Of a stretch of DNA of 64,000 nucleotides, positions 1 through 10,598 are shown in pieces. Every line of letters starts with the position of its first letter. The first letter of the stretch is position 1. Position numbers and translations under genes: made by a program. The stretch is taken from contig JAXEGS010000044.1 of NCBI GenBank assembly GCA_034102905.1, positions 7,609 through 71,608 of the forward strand. Reading direction: 5' to 3'. The DNA comes from Collinsella sp. Its GTDB lineage: Bacteria > Actinomycetota > Coriobacteriia > Coriobacteriales > Coriobacteriaceae. The notes under the pieces were generated by a model. The model did no database searches, had not been told where the DNA came from, and was given only the letters and a program-made list of their open reading frames with translations.

Positions 1-17
1 CGGATTAAGGGAGGCCC

Positions 18-1301
18 ATGTCGGACTCGCAGGTCAAGAGCTCGCCCAAGCCCCATGTCGACGCCCATCCCGCCGGCGACGACCGGAAGGGCGCCCGTCG
101 CGGCGCCATCTTCATCGGTTTCGCCCTCATCGCGTTCGTCGTCTACCTGATCGTGACCGGGCAGGTCGCCCAGTTCATGGCGGCCCTCGTGAACGTGCAG
201 ATTCCCTGGCTCATCGTCGCGAGCCTCTGCATGCTGCTCTACCTCATCCTCGGCATCGCGGCCTACGCGATCGCGGTCTGGCTCGACCCGAACTCGCCCG
301 TCGGCATCCGCGACCTCATCTCCGTCGAGGCGAGCGGCATCTTCTTCGGCAACCTCACCCCCATGATGATGGGCTCCACCCCCGCGCAGATCTACCGCCT
401 CACCAAGGCGGGCCAAAACGTCGGCGAGGCGGGGGCCATCCAGTTCACGCGCTTCATCGTCTACCAGTTCGGGCTCGTGGTCTGGGGCGGCATCCTGCTC
501 GCCGCGCGCATGCCCTTCTTCGTGGAGCGCTACTCCGACATCGGCGCGCTCACGATCCTCTGCATCTTCAGCTTCGGCGGGCACGTGGGCATCCTGCTGC
601 TGATCTTCGCGATCGCCCTCATGCCCAAGACGGTCATCCGCGTGGCGCACTGGGGCCTCACGCTCCTCGCCCGCATGGGGATCGCCCGTGAGAAGGTCGA
701 CGGGTGGCGCGGCTTCGTGGACGGCGAGGTCTACTCCTTCTCCGAGAAGTTCAAGCTCGCCGCCGCCCACACCTCCTCGATGGTGCTCACCGTCGTCATC
801 ACGATGCTCCAGCTCGCCTTCTTCTATCTCGTGCCCTACTTCCTGATGCTCGCCTTCGGCCATCACGACGTGGACTTCCTCTCCGTCATGGCCGCTTCGG
901 CCTTCGTGCAGCTCCTTTCCTCGGCGGTGCCCCTGCCGGGAGGCACCGGCGGCGCCGAGGGCGGCTTCGCGCTCTTCCTCGGCCACTTCTACGGCCCGGC
1001 CTCCACGGCCGGCTACCTGCTCTGGCGGCTCATCACGTTCATCATCCCGACGATCGTGGCGGCCCCGCTCCTCGGCATCAAGAGCGCGCACCACGCGAGC
1101 ATCCACCAGCGCTGGGATCGCCTGATGGCGCGTTTCGGACGGAGGCCCCGCCGCGCGCCTGAGAGCGCGCCGATCCCTGAGGGGGAGGGCGGGCAGGGCG
1201 AGCGCCCGGCGCATCGCCCCAACCCGCATGTGCGCCAGACCGCCGGGGGCATCACCGTGTCGCCGCAGGCACTCGAGCGCCGTCGCCGTCGGAAGCGGTA
1301 G
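18..1301 (+). CDS. Polytopic membrane protein, lysyl-phosphatidylglycerol-synthase TM / flippase-like (UPF0104) type
   Basis: 427-aa ORF. ATG at 18 is preceded by AAGGGAGG (7-14). It has multiple hydrophobic segments, a Gly-rich motif AVPLPGGTGGAEGGF, and an Arg-rich cytoplasmic C-terminal tail. The family call is from remembered family features, not a search. Confidence 0.6.
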   Translation: MSDSQVKSSPKPHVDAHPAGDDRKGARRGAIFIGFALIAFVVYLIVTGQVAQFMAALVNVQIPWLIVASLCMLLYLILGIAAYAIAVWLDPNSPVGIRDLISVEASGIFFGNLTPMMMGSTPAQIYRLTKAGQNVGEAGAIQFTRFIVYQFGLVVWGGILLAARMPFFVERYSDIGALTILCIFSFGGHVGILLLIFAIALMPKTVIRVAHWGLTLLARMGIAREKVDGWRGFVDGEVYSFSEKFKLAAAHTSSMVLTVVITMLQLAFFYLVPYFLMLAFGHHDVDFLSVMAASAFVQLLSSAVPLPGGTGGAEGGFALFLGHFYGPASTAGYLLWRLITFIIPTIVAAPLLGIKSAHHASIHQRWDRLMARFGRRPRRAPESAPIPEGEGGQGERPAHRPNPHVRQTAGGITVSPQALERRRRRKR

Positions 1302-1347
1302 ACGGGTGCCCTGGGCCTGAGGGCCGCTTGGCATCGAGGGCCCGTTT

Positions 1348-1393
1348 GGCAGAGAGCCCCCGCCGTGCGCGCGCACGACGGGGGCTCTCTGCC
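1348..1393. terminator. Long GC hairpin between convergent genes (probable bidirectional terminator)
   Basis: GGCAGAGAGCCCCCG-C-CGTGCGC/GCGCACG-A-CGGGGGCTCTCTGCC forms a ~22-bp stem with one mismatch. It lies between the stop at 1301 (+) and the stop at 1484 (-). Only a weak T tract (CTTT) follows on the + strand. Confidence 0.5.
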
Positions 1394-1483
1394 CTTTACA
1401 GGGCGATAGGGCGGGGAGCTTCGGGCGCTTCCGCGGGCACCGCCCTGGGACGCTCCGGCCCCTGCGCCCCGGCGCCTGGCGCC

Positions 1484-2722
1484 CTACTGGTACCGCAGGC
1501 ACTCCACCGGGTCGAGGCGCGCCGCGCGCCGCGCCGGGTAGAAGCCGAACACGAGGCCGATCGCCATCGAGATGCCCACGGCGAGCAGGATCGTCTGCAG
1601 GTTGATCGCCGGGGCGATCGCCATGCCCTCCGCGCCGCCAAAGCCCTGCGCGATCCCGATCGAGGATGCGCCGAGTGCGAGCCCGTAGCTGATGAGGTAG
1701 CCGAAGACCGTCCCGATGATGCCGCCCGACACGCAGATCACCGCCGACTCCGCGAGGAACTGGAGGGTGATGTCGCGCCGCGTGGCCCCCAGGGCCCGTC
1801 GCACGCCGATCTCGCGGATCCGCTCGGTCACGTTCGTGAGCATCATGTTCATGATGCCGATGCCGCCCACGAGCAGCGAGATCCCGGCCACGGAGCTGAT
1901 GATGAGCTGGAAGGACCCCATGAACTGGTTCATCTGGTCGATCATGGACTTCATCGTGTTGGCCCAGATGCCGGCCGCATCCTCGTCCTCTCCGTCCTTC
2001 ACGCCCTTGATGGACGCAATCTCCTTCTTGGTCCGCTCGGCGAGGTCGTCCACGTCGACGCCCTCGTGCGCCAAGCCAACCACGTTGAACGTGCGGTCCC
2101 CGGCCCCGTTCGGGAAGTCACGGCGCACGGTCTCGGCGGGCATGAGCGCCTGCAGGTAGCTCTCGTTCCCCGCGATCGCCTGCCCCTCGAAGACGCCGAC
2201 CACCGTGTAATCGCGCCCGCGGATCTTGGCCGTCTTTCCGACGGCATCGATGTCGGGGTTGCCGAACAGGAGGTTCACGCCGTTCGTGTCGATAAGCATC
2301 ACCCGTGAGACGGCCTCGTTCTCCGCCTCGGTGAACATCCGTCCCGCGATGAGCCTCGCCTGCCCGGTCATCTCGAAGAGACGGGGGCTGCCGCCGGTGA
2401 TCCCGATGTTCAGGGTCTTGTCGTCCTTCTTGAAGTCGGTGTAGCCGTCCACGCTCGCCTCGAGGGCCTCGTAGTCGGGGAGCGCCGCGCCGATGCGCTG
2501 GATGTCGCGGTCGGTGAGCCCGGAGGCGTAGCCGATGCGCACGATCCGGGAGGCGTTGAGCCCGAGCTGGCCGATGAGCCCCTCCTGGACGCCGCCGATG
2601 AAGGAGGTCATGGCGATGACCGCGGCGATGCCGATCACGATGCCCAGGATGGTGAGGAAGCTCCGGCCGCGGTTGGCCTCGAGGGCGCGCAGGGACTCGC
2701 GGATGAGGTCGCGTGCGCTCAT
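1484..2722 (-). CDS. ABC transporter permease, MacB/FtsX family (YknZ-like)
   Basis: 412 aa. Typical MacB N-terminus (LRESLRALEANRGRSFLTILGIVIGIAAV), a ~230-aa extracytoplasmic domain, and a C-terminal FtsX 3-TM bundle. Its ATG overlaps the stop of the upstream ATPase (ATGA). Confidence 0.9.
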   Translation of the reverse strand: MSARDLIRESLRALEANRGRSFLTILGIVIGIAAVIAMTSFIGGVQEGLIGQLGLNASRIVRIGYASGLTDRDIQRIGAALPDYEALEASVDGYTDFKKDDKTLNIGITGGSPRLFEMTGQARLIAGRMFTEAENEAVSRVMLIDTNGVNLLFGNPDIDAVGKTAKIRGRDYTVVGVFEGQAIAGNESYLQALMPAETVRRDFPNGAGDRTFNVVGLAHEGVDVDDLAERTKKEIASIKGVKDGEDEDAAGIWANTMKSMIDQMNQFMGSFQLIISSVAGISLLVGGIGIMNMMLTNVTERIREIGVRRALGATRRDITLQFLAESAVICVSGGIIGTVFGYLISYGLALGASSIGIAQGFGGAEGMAIAPAINLQTILLAVGISMAIGLVFGFYPARRAARLDPVECLRYQ

Positions 2723-3459
2723 CGGGGGCCTCCCTTCTGATCAAGGGGCGCCGGCTTCGCGGGTGCGGCCCCGGTCGCCGTGCCCTCGTGGTGGAGCCGC
2801 CCGTCGCGGATGGTCACGATGCGGTCCGCCTCGGCGGCGATCCCGGGGTCGTGCGTGATGAGCACGATGGTCTTGCCCGCGTCGCGCAGGCGGTGGAAGC
2901 TCTCGAGGACCATGCGCCCCGTGGCGGTGTCGAGGTTGCCCGTCGGCTCGTCGGCGAGGATGATCGCCGGGTCGTTCACGAGCGCGCGGGCGATCGCGAC
3001 GCGCTGCATCTGGCCGCCCGAGAGCTCGCTGATGCGGTGGTCGAAATGGTCCACAGGCAGCCCCGCCGCGGCGAGGGCGGCGACCGCGCGCTTCTCGCGG
3101 CGGGCGCGCGGGCAGTCGGTGTAGGCGAGGGGGAGCATGACGTTGTCCAGGACCGACATGCGCGGGAGCAGGTTGAAGCTCTGGAACACGAAGCCGATGC
3201 GCTCGGCGCGGACCTCGGCGAGCTCGTCGTCGGTGAGGCGCGCCACGTCGAGGCCCTCGAGCAGGTAGGTTCCCGAGCTCGGCGTGTCGAGGCAGCCGAG
3301 GATGTTCATGAGCGTTGACTTGCCCGACCCGGAGGGGCCGGTGATCGCCACGAACTCGCCGGGGTCGACCGTGAGCGAGACGTCGTGGAGGATGTGCGCG
3401 AAGCCGGCGTCGGTCTCGAAGACGCGGTGGATGCGGCGGATGTCGATGACGGGGTCCAT
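2719..3459 (-). CDS. ABC transporter ATP-binding protein, MacB/LolD-type (YknY-like)
   Basis: 246 aa. Walker [10 protein letters not shown], signature [15 protein letters not shown], Walker [12 protein letters not shown]. Confidence 0.93.
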   Translation of the reverse strand: MDPVIDIRRIHRVFETDAGFAHILHDVSLTVDPGEFVAITGPSGSGKSTLMNILGCLDTPSSGTYLLEGLDVARLTDDELAEVRAERIGFVFQSFNLLPRMSVLDNVMLPLAYTDCPRARREKRAVAALAAAGLPVDHFDHRISELSGGQMQRVAIARALVNDPAIILADEPTGNLDTATGRMVLESFHRLRDAGKTIVLITHDPGIAAEADRIVTIRDGRLHHEGTATGAAPAKPAPLDQKGGPR

Positions 3460-4835
3460 CAGGCGGCGCCCCCGCCTGACTCGCCGAGCGCGGCCTCCGA
3501 TCCGAGCGCGTCGGCCCCGCCCGCGCCGCCCGAGATCACGAGGGTCTCGCCGTCCGCGAGGGGGGAGACCTCCATCTCGCCCGCGGCGTCCTCAGGGCGC
3601 CCCACGACGGCGAGGCTGTCGTTTTGCGCGATGACGGTCACGTCGCGGCGCTCGGAGGCGTGGGTCTCAGGGTCCGTCTCGACGTTCACGTAGTAGCTCG
3701 CGCCGTCGTCGGTCTGGAGCGCGGTCACGGGGACCATGATCACGTCGTCGATCTTCTCGGTGGTGAGCGAGACGTTCGCGGTCATACCCGGCTTCAGGCG
3801 CTGGTCGGGCTCGGGAACCAGCACGTCGACCGCGAAGGTGACGGGCGCCCCCTCGCCGTAGTACGCGCCGCCGCCCTCGCCCGCACCCGTGGCCACCGAG
3901 GCGATGCCGACGACCGTGCCGGTGAGCTGCACGTCGGGGAAGGCGGGGAAGGTGATCGCGGCCTCCTGGTCCTTGGCGACCTTGGCGATGCTCTCCTCAT
4001 CCACCTGGACGGTGACCCTCATCTGCGAGATGTCGGCGATCTGGACGAGGGGCTTCGACGCGTCCACGCCCCCGGCGGCCCCCACCGCAGCCCCCACCTG
4101 GGCGTTCAGGGCGACGACGTTGCCGTCGGCCGGGGCGGTGAGTGTGCGCTTGGCGCCCGCGGCCACGGCCTGGTCGTAGGCGTCCCGGGCCTTCGCCACG
4201 GCGTCCTCGGCCGCGCTCACGGCATCGATCGCGCTGTTCACGGTCTCGACGGGGACCTCGCCCACCTCATCGGCGTAATAGGCGCGCTCGGCCTCGGCCT
4301 CGGCGTCTTGGGCGTCGGCGAGGGCCCCCTGGGCGGTCGCGAGCTCGCGGCGAGCCGTCTCGATGGCGCGGTCGAGCTCGTCGTTCTTCAGGGTGAGCAG
4401 GACGTCGCCCTTCTTGACGGACTGCCCGGCCACGACCCTGATCTCGGCGACGGTGCCCTCGACCTCGGGGGTGATGACGGTCGAGGAGAGCGGCTCCAAG
4501 GTTCCGCTGGCGTCGACCGCGGTGCTGTAGGTGCCGCGCATGGCGACGTCGGTGACGGCCTCGGGCGCGCGCTCCGGCTCGCGGGTGAGCGCGCCCACCG
4601 CGAAGACGGCGAGCGCGATGACGAGGACGGCGACGCCGGCCGCGATCGCGCGCCGGCGGATCGTCTTGCGGCGCCGGTCGCGGCGGCGCTCCTTGAGCTT
4701 GTCGTAGACGGCGGCGTCCTCGGGGTTGAGGTCGTCGCGGGCGTCGGCCGCGGCGGGGAGGATCCGCGTGGGGCCTCCCGTGTCCGCGCCGCCGATCACG
4801 GGCAGGCTGTCGGTTCGATCGTGCTCATGAGGCAT
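3459..4835 (-). CDS. HlyD/MacA-family membrane-fusion (periplasmic adaptor-like) protein, YknX-like
   Basis: The ORF is open to 4871, but ATG 4835 (MPHEHD...) has GGGAGAG 5 nt upstream. One N-terminal TM (AIAAGVAVLVIALAVFAVGAL), a lipoyl-like motif (ITPEVEGTVAEIRVVAGQSVKKGDVLLTL), an Ala-rich coiled coil and a beta-barrel region. The stop overlaps the ATPase start. Confidence 0.85.
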   Translation of the reverse strand: MPHEHDRTDSLPVIGGADTGGPTRILPAAADARDDLNPEDAAVYDKLKERRRDRRRKTIRRRAIAAGVAVLVIALAVFAVGALTREPERAPEAVTDVAMRGTYSTAVDASGTLEPLSSTVITPEVEGTVAEIRVVAGQSVKKGDVLLTLKNDELDRAIETARRELATAQGALADAQDAEAEAERAYYADEVGEVPVETVNSAIDAVSAAEDAVAKARDAYDQAVAAGAKRTLTAPADGNVVALNAQVGAAVGAAGGVDASKPLVQIADISQMRVTVQVDEESIAKVAKDQEAAITFPAFPDVQLTGTVVGIASVATGAGEGGGAYYGEGAPVTFAVDVLVPEPDQRLKPGMTANVSLTTEKIDDVIMVPVTALQTDDGASYYVNVETDPETHASERRDVTVIAQNDSLAVVGRPEDAAGEMEVSPLADGETLVISGGAGGADALGSEAALGESGGGAA

Positions 4836-5007
4836 AGGTCTCTCCCATCGTGCAGGCGTCATGCCCATCATATCGGAGGAGCTGCCGTTCGCGCAGATAG
4901 GGGGCGAGTCTGACGCTTCCGTAAGATTCGGGCGCGCAGCCGCTGGAGGGGATGGCGGCGGGCGGTCGGAATCGGGCGGCGAGCGGTCGCGCCCGTGAGG
5001 GCGGCCC

Positions 5008-7939
5008 TCAGGTCACATCATTGCGGATGGCCTCGATGATGCTTTCCGAACGGCAGCGGGAGAGCGCGTAGAGCACGCTCAGGACCATGAGCGCGAGGAC
5101 GGCGTCGACCGCGATCGCGACCATGGGCAGGGACGCCTGGGGGCCGATGTGGCCGAAGGAGGCGCCCATCCCCTGCCAGAGCATGAAGTCGACGCCGGCG
5201 GAGGCGGCGAGCCCGAGAAGGAGGCCGCGCACGGTGTAGCTCGCCGCCTCGCGCGCGATCATGAGCCGGAAGGCCCCCTCGCCCATGCCGATCGAGCGGA
5301 GCGCGGCGAACTCGCGCCTCCGCAGGATGATCGAGGTCGTGATCGTGGTGAAGACGTTCGCCGCGGCGATGAGCCCCGTGATCGCGGCGAAGCAGACGGT
5401 GAAGGTCCCGATCGCCATGAGCGACAGCCGCCGCTGCCGGAAGAGCTCGGCGTAGTTCGTGACGTCATGGTCCGACCACCCCGAATCCTCGAGGAGGCCG
5501 GGCAGCGCGCGCTCGACGCCCTCCCCGGTCGCCTGCGGGTCGTCTGAGGCGAGCGAGAAGGCGATGCGCCGCCCGTTGTTCGGGGAATCCCCGGCGGAGA
5601 GCGGGCGCGAGAGCCAGTCGCCCTGGGCGACGGCGGCCGCGAGCGCATCAGGGTCCGCCTCCGGGGCCTCGGTCGCGAGGAGAGCGGGCAGGGCGGAGAG
5701 GGGCAGCACGAGGGTCGGGTTCTGGTTGTAGTAGTTCGTCTCAGATGCGGCCCAGGGGAGCGCGGGCGCGACGGCGCCGACCTCGACCTCGGCGCTGCCG
5801 GTCAGGACGAGGCCGAGGGGCACGGATGCCGGGGTCCGGGTTAGCGGGGCGCTTCCGTCCCCCTGCCCATCGTCCCCGTCGAGCGGCTGGTAGACGGCGC
5901 GCGCCTCGCCGTCCTCGGAGCTCACCTCGGCGAGGAGGTAGCCGCGGCGGGATGCGATCGAGGTCAGGATCCTGATGGTGCCGCCGCCGGCGAAGGGGCT
6001 GTTCCCCGTGAGGTCGGGTGAGCCGCCGGGGGAGGGGGCGATGTTGCATCCGACGGCGACGGGGCGGTCGGGGTCGGAGAAGCGGGCCGCGTCGAGGCCG
6101 TTCTCGGCGAGGTAGCCCTGCCAGGTCGCCTCATCGACGAGGGCGAGGTTGACGATGCCCGCCCAGCCACCGTCCGCGAGCGACCCGCCGACCGCGTCGG
6201 CGCCCGCGCCCTCGGCCACGCGGGCGGGGTCGATGACGCCGGGCCCGGCGATCGCGCAGGCCGTCTCGTCCGCGGCGAAGCCCGCCCGGGTGACGTGGCC
6301 CGCGTTCGAGAGGACGCGGAGCGCCCCCTCGGCCGCGGTCGCCTCGTCGCCGCCGGGGCGCGCCCGCACGAGCGAGACCGAGACGTCCGCGCCACCCGCC
6401 TCGGGCACCCCGGAGGAGGCGGTACGCAGGTAGGAGGTGAGCAGGCCCGAGGAGACGATCAGGACCACCGAGATGGCGAGCGAGACCACGGCGATGCGCC
6501 CGCGCGAGGAGGCGCGGGCCAGGTTCCGGTGGGCGAGCCAGCCGGAGACCCCCTCGAGGTGGAGGCGCAGGCGCTCGACGCGGCCGCGGACGCGCCCCCG
6601 CCGCCGTCCGCGCCGCCCCACCCCAGCACGGGCCTCGCGGACCGCGTCGACGGTCGAGACGCGCCCGGCCCGCCACGCCGGCAGGGCCGCCGCCGCGAGG
6701 GCCGCCGCGAGCGAGACGAGGGCGGCGAGGGCGATCGCCGGGAGGGACACGCTGATGGGGAGCGGCTCGGCGCCGAGGCCGGCGAAGACCGCCACGCCCT
6801 CGCCCGTGAAGCGGAAGACCGTCCAGGCGCCGCCGACGCCGACGGCGACCCCGAGGGGGGATCCCGATCGCGGCGAGGATGAGCGCCTCGATGAGGACGA
6901 TGCGGCCGATCTGCGCCGCGCTCGCGCCCGCGGAGGCGAGGAGCCCGAAGTGCCGCGTGCGCTCCGAGACCGAGATCGCGAAGGCGTTCCCGATGAGGGC
7001 GATGCCGGCGGCGGCGACCACGAGGGAGAGGACGCCGGCGGCGAACCAGAGGTACATCCAGGCCGGCGCGTCGCCGGGGACGCCGTGGTAGGCGAGGATC
7101 GTGCTGTTGAGCTCGGCGAGGCTGATCCCGGAGGACCCCGGTGCGGCGGCGCCCGCGGGCGCGCGGGCGATGATGTCCCGCACCGTCTCACGGACGGCGT
7201 CGAAGCTCGGCGTCTCCGCCATGACGAGATACGCCTCGGTGCCCACGGAGGGGAGGCCCGAGCCCGCGGCCGTGAAGGCGACGGCGTCGACGCCGCCGGG
7301 CCCGTCGCCCATCCACAGCGGCCCCAGCTCGTAGAAGCCACTCACGCGGAAGGCCCGCGCCCGCCCCGCGTCGACGACCTCGGGGGCCGCGTCAGCCTCG
7401 CGCCCGGATCCGTCCCCGTCCGCCTCGGCCACGCGACCGAGCGCGAGCTCGACGGTGCTCCCCACGGCGAGCGGCGAAGGCTCCGCCCCGCCCTCGATGC
7501 TCATGCCCTTGAGCCAGCGGGGGAGGAGGACCTCGCTGCCGGAGGCGGGGAGCGACCCCTCGAAGAGCTCGGCCGCGGGGACGACGCCCGCCTCGCCACG
7601 GGGCAGCTCGGTGAGGGTGACGGTCCCGTCGGTGCGCGCCCGTGCCCCCTCGCCCCAGGTGAGCGCCGCCGTCCCGATCTCGCGCACGGTGCTCATCGAC
7701 CGCACGCCCGGCTCCCGCCCGATCCAGTCGCCCCCCTCATCCGAGAGGCCCCTGACGCGCACCTCCCAGGTGCCCATGTCGATCTCGGCGGCGCGAACGA
7801 CCGCCCGCTCGAGCGAGGTGACCGAGATGAGGATCGCCGTGATGAGGGCGCAGGAGAGCGCGATGCCGATCACGGACACGGCGGCGTGGGCACGCTGGGT
7901 GGCGAGCGACCGGAGGGCGAAGCGGGCGGGGGCTGCCAT
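5008..7939 (-). pseudogene. Double-FtsX ABC transporter permease interrupted by a +1 frameshift in a C6 (G6 on the + strand) run
   Basis: Two overlapping ORFs are offset by one frame (7939->6131 and 7341->5008). The first is coherent up to ...LIEALILAAIGIP and then becomes Arg/Pro-rich nonsense. The second is nonsense until ...PLGVAVGVGGAWTVFRF and is then coherent to the stop at 5008. The switch maps to GGGGGG at 6855-6860. Deleting one base gives a continuous ~976-aa protein with two halves, each TM + large extracytoplasmic domain + 3 TM. Confidence 0.8.
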
Positions 7940-7942
7940 GCC

Positions 7943-8623
<681 letters not shown>

Positions 8624-8821
8624 GGCTCCTCCCGTCTCGTGGGTCCGCTGTCGGCAACACCATACGGCATCGCCCGCCGCCCTGCACGGCAGGGGCCGGT
8701 GACGGTTGCGTCATTCTCGCCCGCCCCCTCCCTCCTGCGCCGCCGGGAGGGGCGTGGTAGCATGGGTGCGCAACGGGGGCCCGGCCGCGCGCCGGCCCCG
8801 CATGCGATCGAAGGGGTGGAG

Positions 8822-9496
8822 ATGCACCGGATCCTCTTGGTCGAGGACGACGCGATGATCGTCTCGACGTTAACGGAGCTCCTTTGCGGCGAGGGCTACG
8901 CGGTCGACGCCGCCGCGACCCAGGGCGCCGCCATCGAGGCGGCGCTCGCCGACCCACCCTCCCTGATCCTCCTCGACGTCACGCTCGCCGAGGGAGACGG
9001 TTTCGCCGTCTGCGCGGCCGTCAAGCGCGAGCGTCCCCAGGTGCCCGTGATCTTCCTCACGGCCTCGGGCGACGAGTTCAACACCGTCACCGGGATCCAG
9101 ATGGGCGCCGACGACTACATCGCCAAGCCGTTCCGCCCCCGCGAGCTCCTGGCCCGCGTCGCCGCCGCGATCCGCCGCGCCGAGCCCGGCCGCACCGCGA
9201 TCAGCCTGGGCCCGGTCACGATCGATCCGGAGCGCGCCCGCGTGGAGCGCGACGGGAGCGAGATCGTGCTCTCCGCCCTCGAGTACCGGATGCTCATGCT
9301 CTTCGCGACCAACGCGGGCAAGATCGTCACGCGCGATCAGATCCGCGAGGCGCTCTGGGATGACGCGGGGGCCTACATCGAGGAGAACACCCTCTCCGTC
9401 TACATCAAGCGCCTGCGCGGCAAGATCGAGGACGATCCCGCCGAGCCGTCGCTGATCGTGACCGTGCGGGGCGTCGGATACAAGGTGATGGGGTAG
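8822..9496 (+). CDS. OmpR/PhoB-family response regulator
   Basis: These are the last 224 codons of the 1019-aa track ORF. It starts MHRILLVEDD, has a receiver domain (LILLDVTL, KPF) and a winged-helix C-terminus (LSALEYRMLMLF...TVRGVGYKV). It is divergent from the ABC pair. Confidence 0.92.
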   Translation: MHRILLVEDDAMIVSTLTELLCGEGYAVDAAATQGAAIEAALADPPSLILLDVTLAEGDGFAVCAAVKRERPQVPVIFLTASGDEFNTVTGIQMGADDYIAKPFRPRELLARVAAAIRRAEPGRTAISLGPVTIDPERARVERDGSEIVLSALEYRMLMLFATNAGKIVTRDQIREALWDDAGAYIEENTLSVYIKRLRGKIEDDPAEPSLIVTVRGVGYKVMG

Positions 9497-9498
9497 GG

Positions 9499-10566
9499 AT
9501 GGTGTTCCGCAACCGGGAGGTCGGACGCCAGGTCGCGCTGCAGGCCCTCACCGCCGCCCTCATCGCCGCGGCCGCCTTCGCCCTCGCGGGCACAGGGGCG
9601 GCGCTCGGGGCCCTCGCGGGCGCCGCTGCGGCCTCGGCCGTCGCCCTCGCCGTGAGCCGGGCGCGCTACCGCCAGATCGCGCGCATGTCCGAGCGCCTCG
9701 ACGCCGTCCTCCACGGCCAGCGCCATCTGTCGTTCTCCGGTATGGACGAGGGCGAGCTCGCGATCCTCGCCAGCGAGCTCGACAAGGTGGTGAGCCGCCT
9801 CAACCTCACGGCGGAGGCGCTCGAGCGCGAGAGCGAGCGCCTCTCGGACGCGCTCGCCGACATCTCGCATCAGCTGAAGACGCCCCTCACCTCGCTCTCC
9901 CTCATGTGCGAGCTCGTCCGCAAGCGCATGGTCGCGCGCGGGGACGAGCTCACGCGCGCGGAGGCCGACGAGATCGTGGCGCGCCTCCGGATGATGCAGC
10001 GGCTCCAGGAGCGCGTGCAGTGGCTCGTGGCGTCGCTTTTGAAGCTCGCACGAATCGACGCGGGGGTCGTGCGCCTCGCCCGCACGCGGGTGGGCGCCGG
10101 CGCGGTGATCTCCGAGGCGGCCGCGACACTCGCCGTCGCCTTCGACCTCGCCGGCGTCGAGCTCGTCATCGAGCCCGCGGGGGCGGCCTCCTTCACGGGC
10201 GACGCCGCCTGGAGCGCCGAGGCCCTCGCCAACGTGCTCAAGAACTGCATGGAGCACACGCCCGCGGGCGGGCGCGTCAGGGTCTGGGCCACCGAGGACG
10301 CCATCGCCTGCCGGATCCACGTGGAGGACACGGGCGCGGGGATCGCCGAGGAGGACCTGCCCCATGTGTTCGAGCGCTTCTACCGCGGGCACCGCGAGGA
10401 GGCCGGGTCGGCCACCGATCCGGCCGGCGTCGGCATCGGGCTCTCGCTCGCGCGGAGCCTCGTCACCGCCCAGGGCGGCACCATCGAGGCGCGAAACGCC
10501 CGCGACGCGGAGGGTCGCGTCATGGGCGCTCGGTTCGATCTGATCTTCTTCCGCACGGTGGTCTAG
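9499..10566 (+). CDS. Sensor histidine kinase, intramembrane-sensing (BceS-like) architecture
   Basis: 355 aa. Two adjacent N-terminal hydrophobic helices with essentially no extracytoplasmic loop, H-box ISHQLKTPLTSL, N-box NVLKNCMEHT, G-boxes EDTGAGI and GIGLSLA. It starts 3 nt after the response regulator stop. Confidence 0.88.
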   Translation: MVFRNREVGRQVALQALTAALIAAAAFALAGTGAALGALAGAAAASAVALAVSRARYRQIARMSERLDAVLHGQRHLSFSGMDEGELAILASELDKVVSRLNLTAEALERESERLSDALADISHQLKTPLTSLSLMCELVRKRMVARGDELTRAEADEIVARLRMMQRLQERVQWLVASLLKLARIDAGVVRLARTRVGAGAVISEAAATLAVAFDLAGVELVIEPAGAASFTGDAAWSAEALANVLKNCMEHTPAGGRVRVWATEDAIACRIHVEDTGAGIAEEDLPHVFERFYRGHREEAGSATDPAGVGIGLSLARSLVTAQGGTIEARNARDAEGRVMGARFDLIFFRTVV

Positions 10567-10598
10567 CCCCGCGGCCGCCCGCGCCGGCTTGGTCGGCC

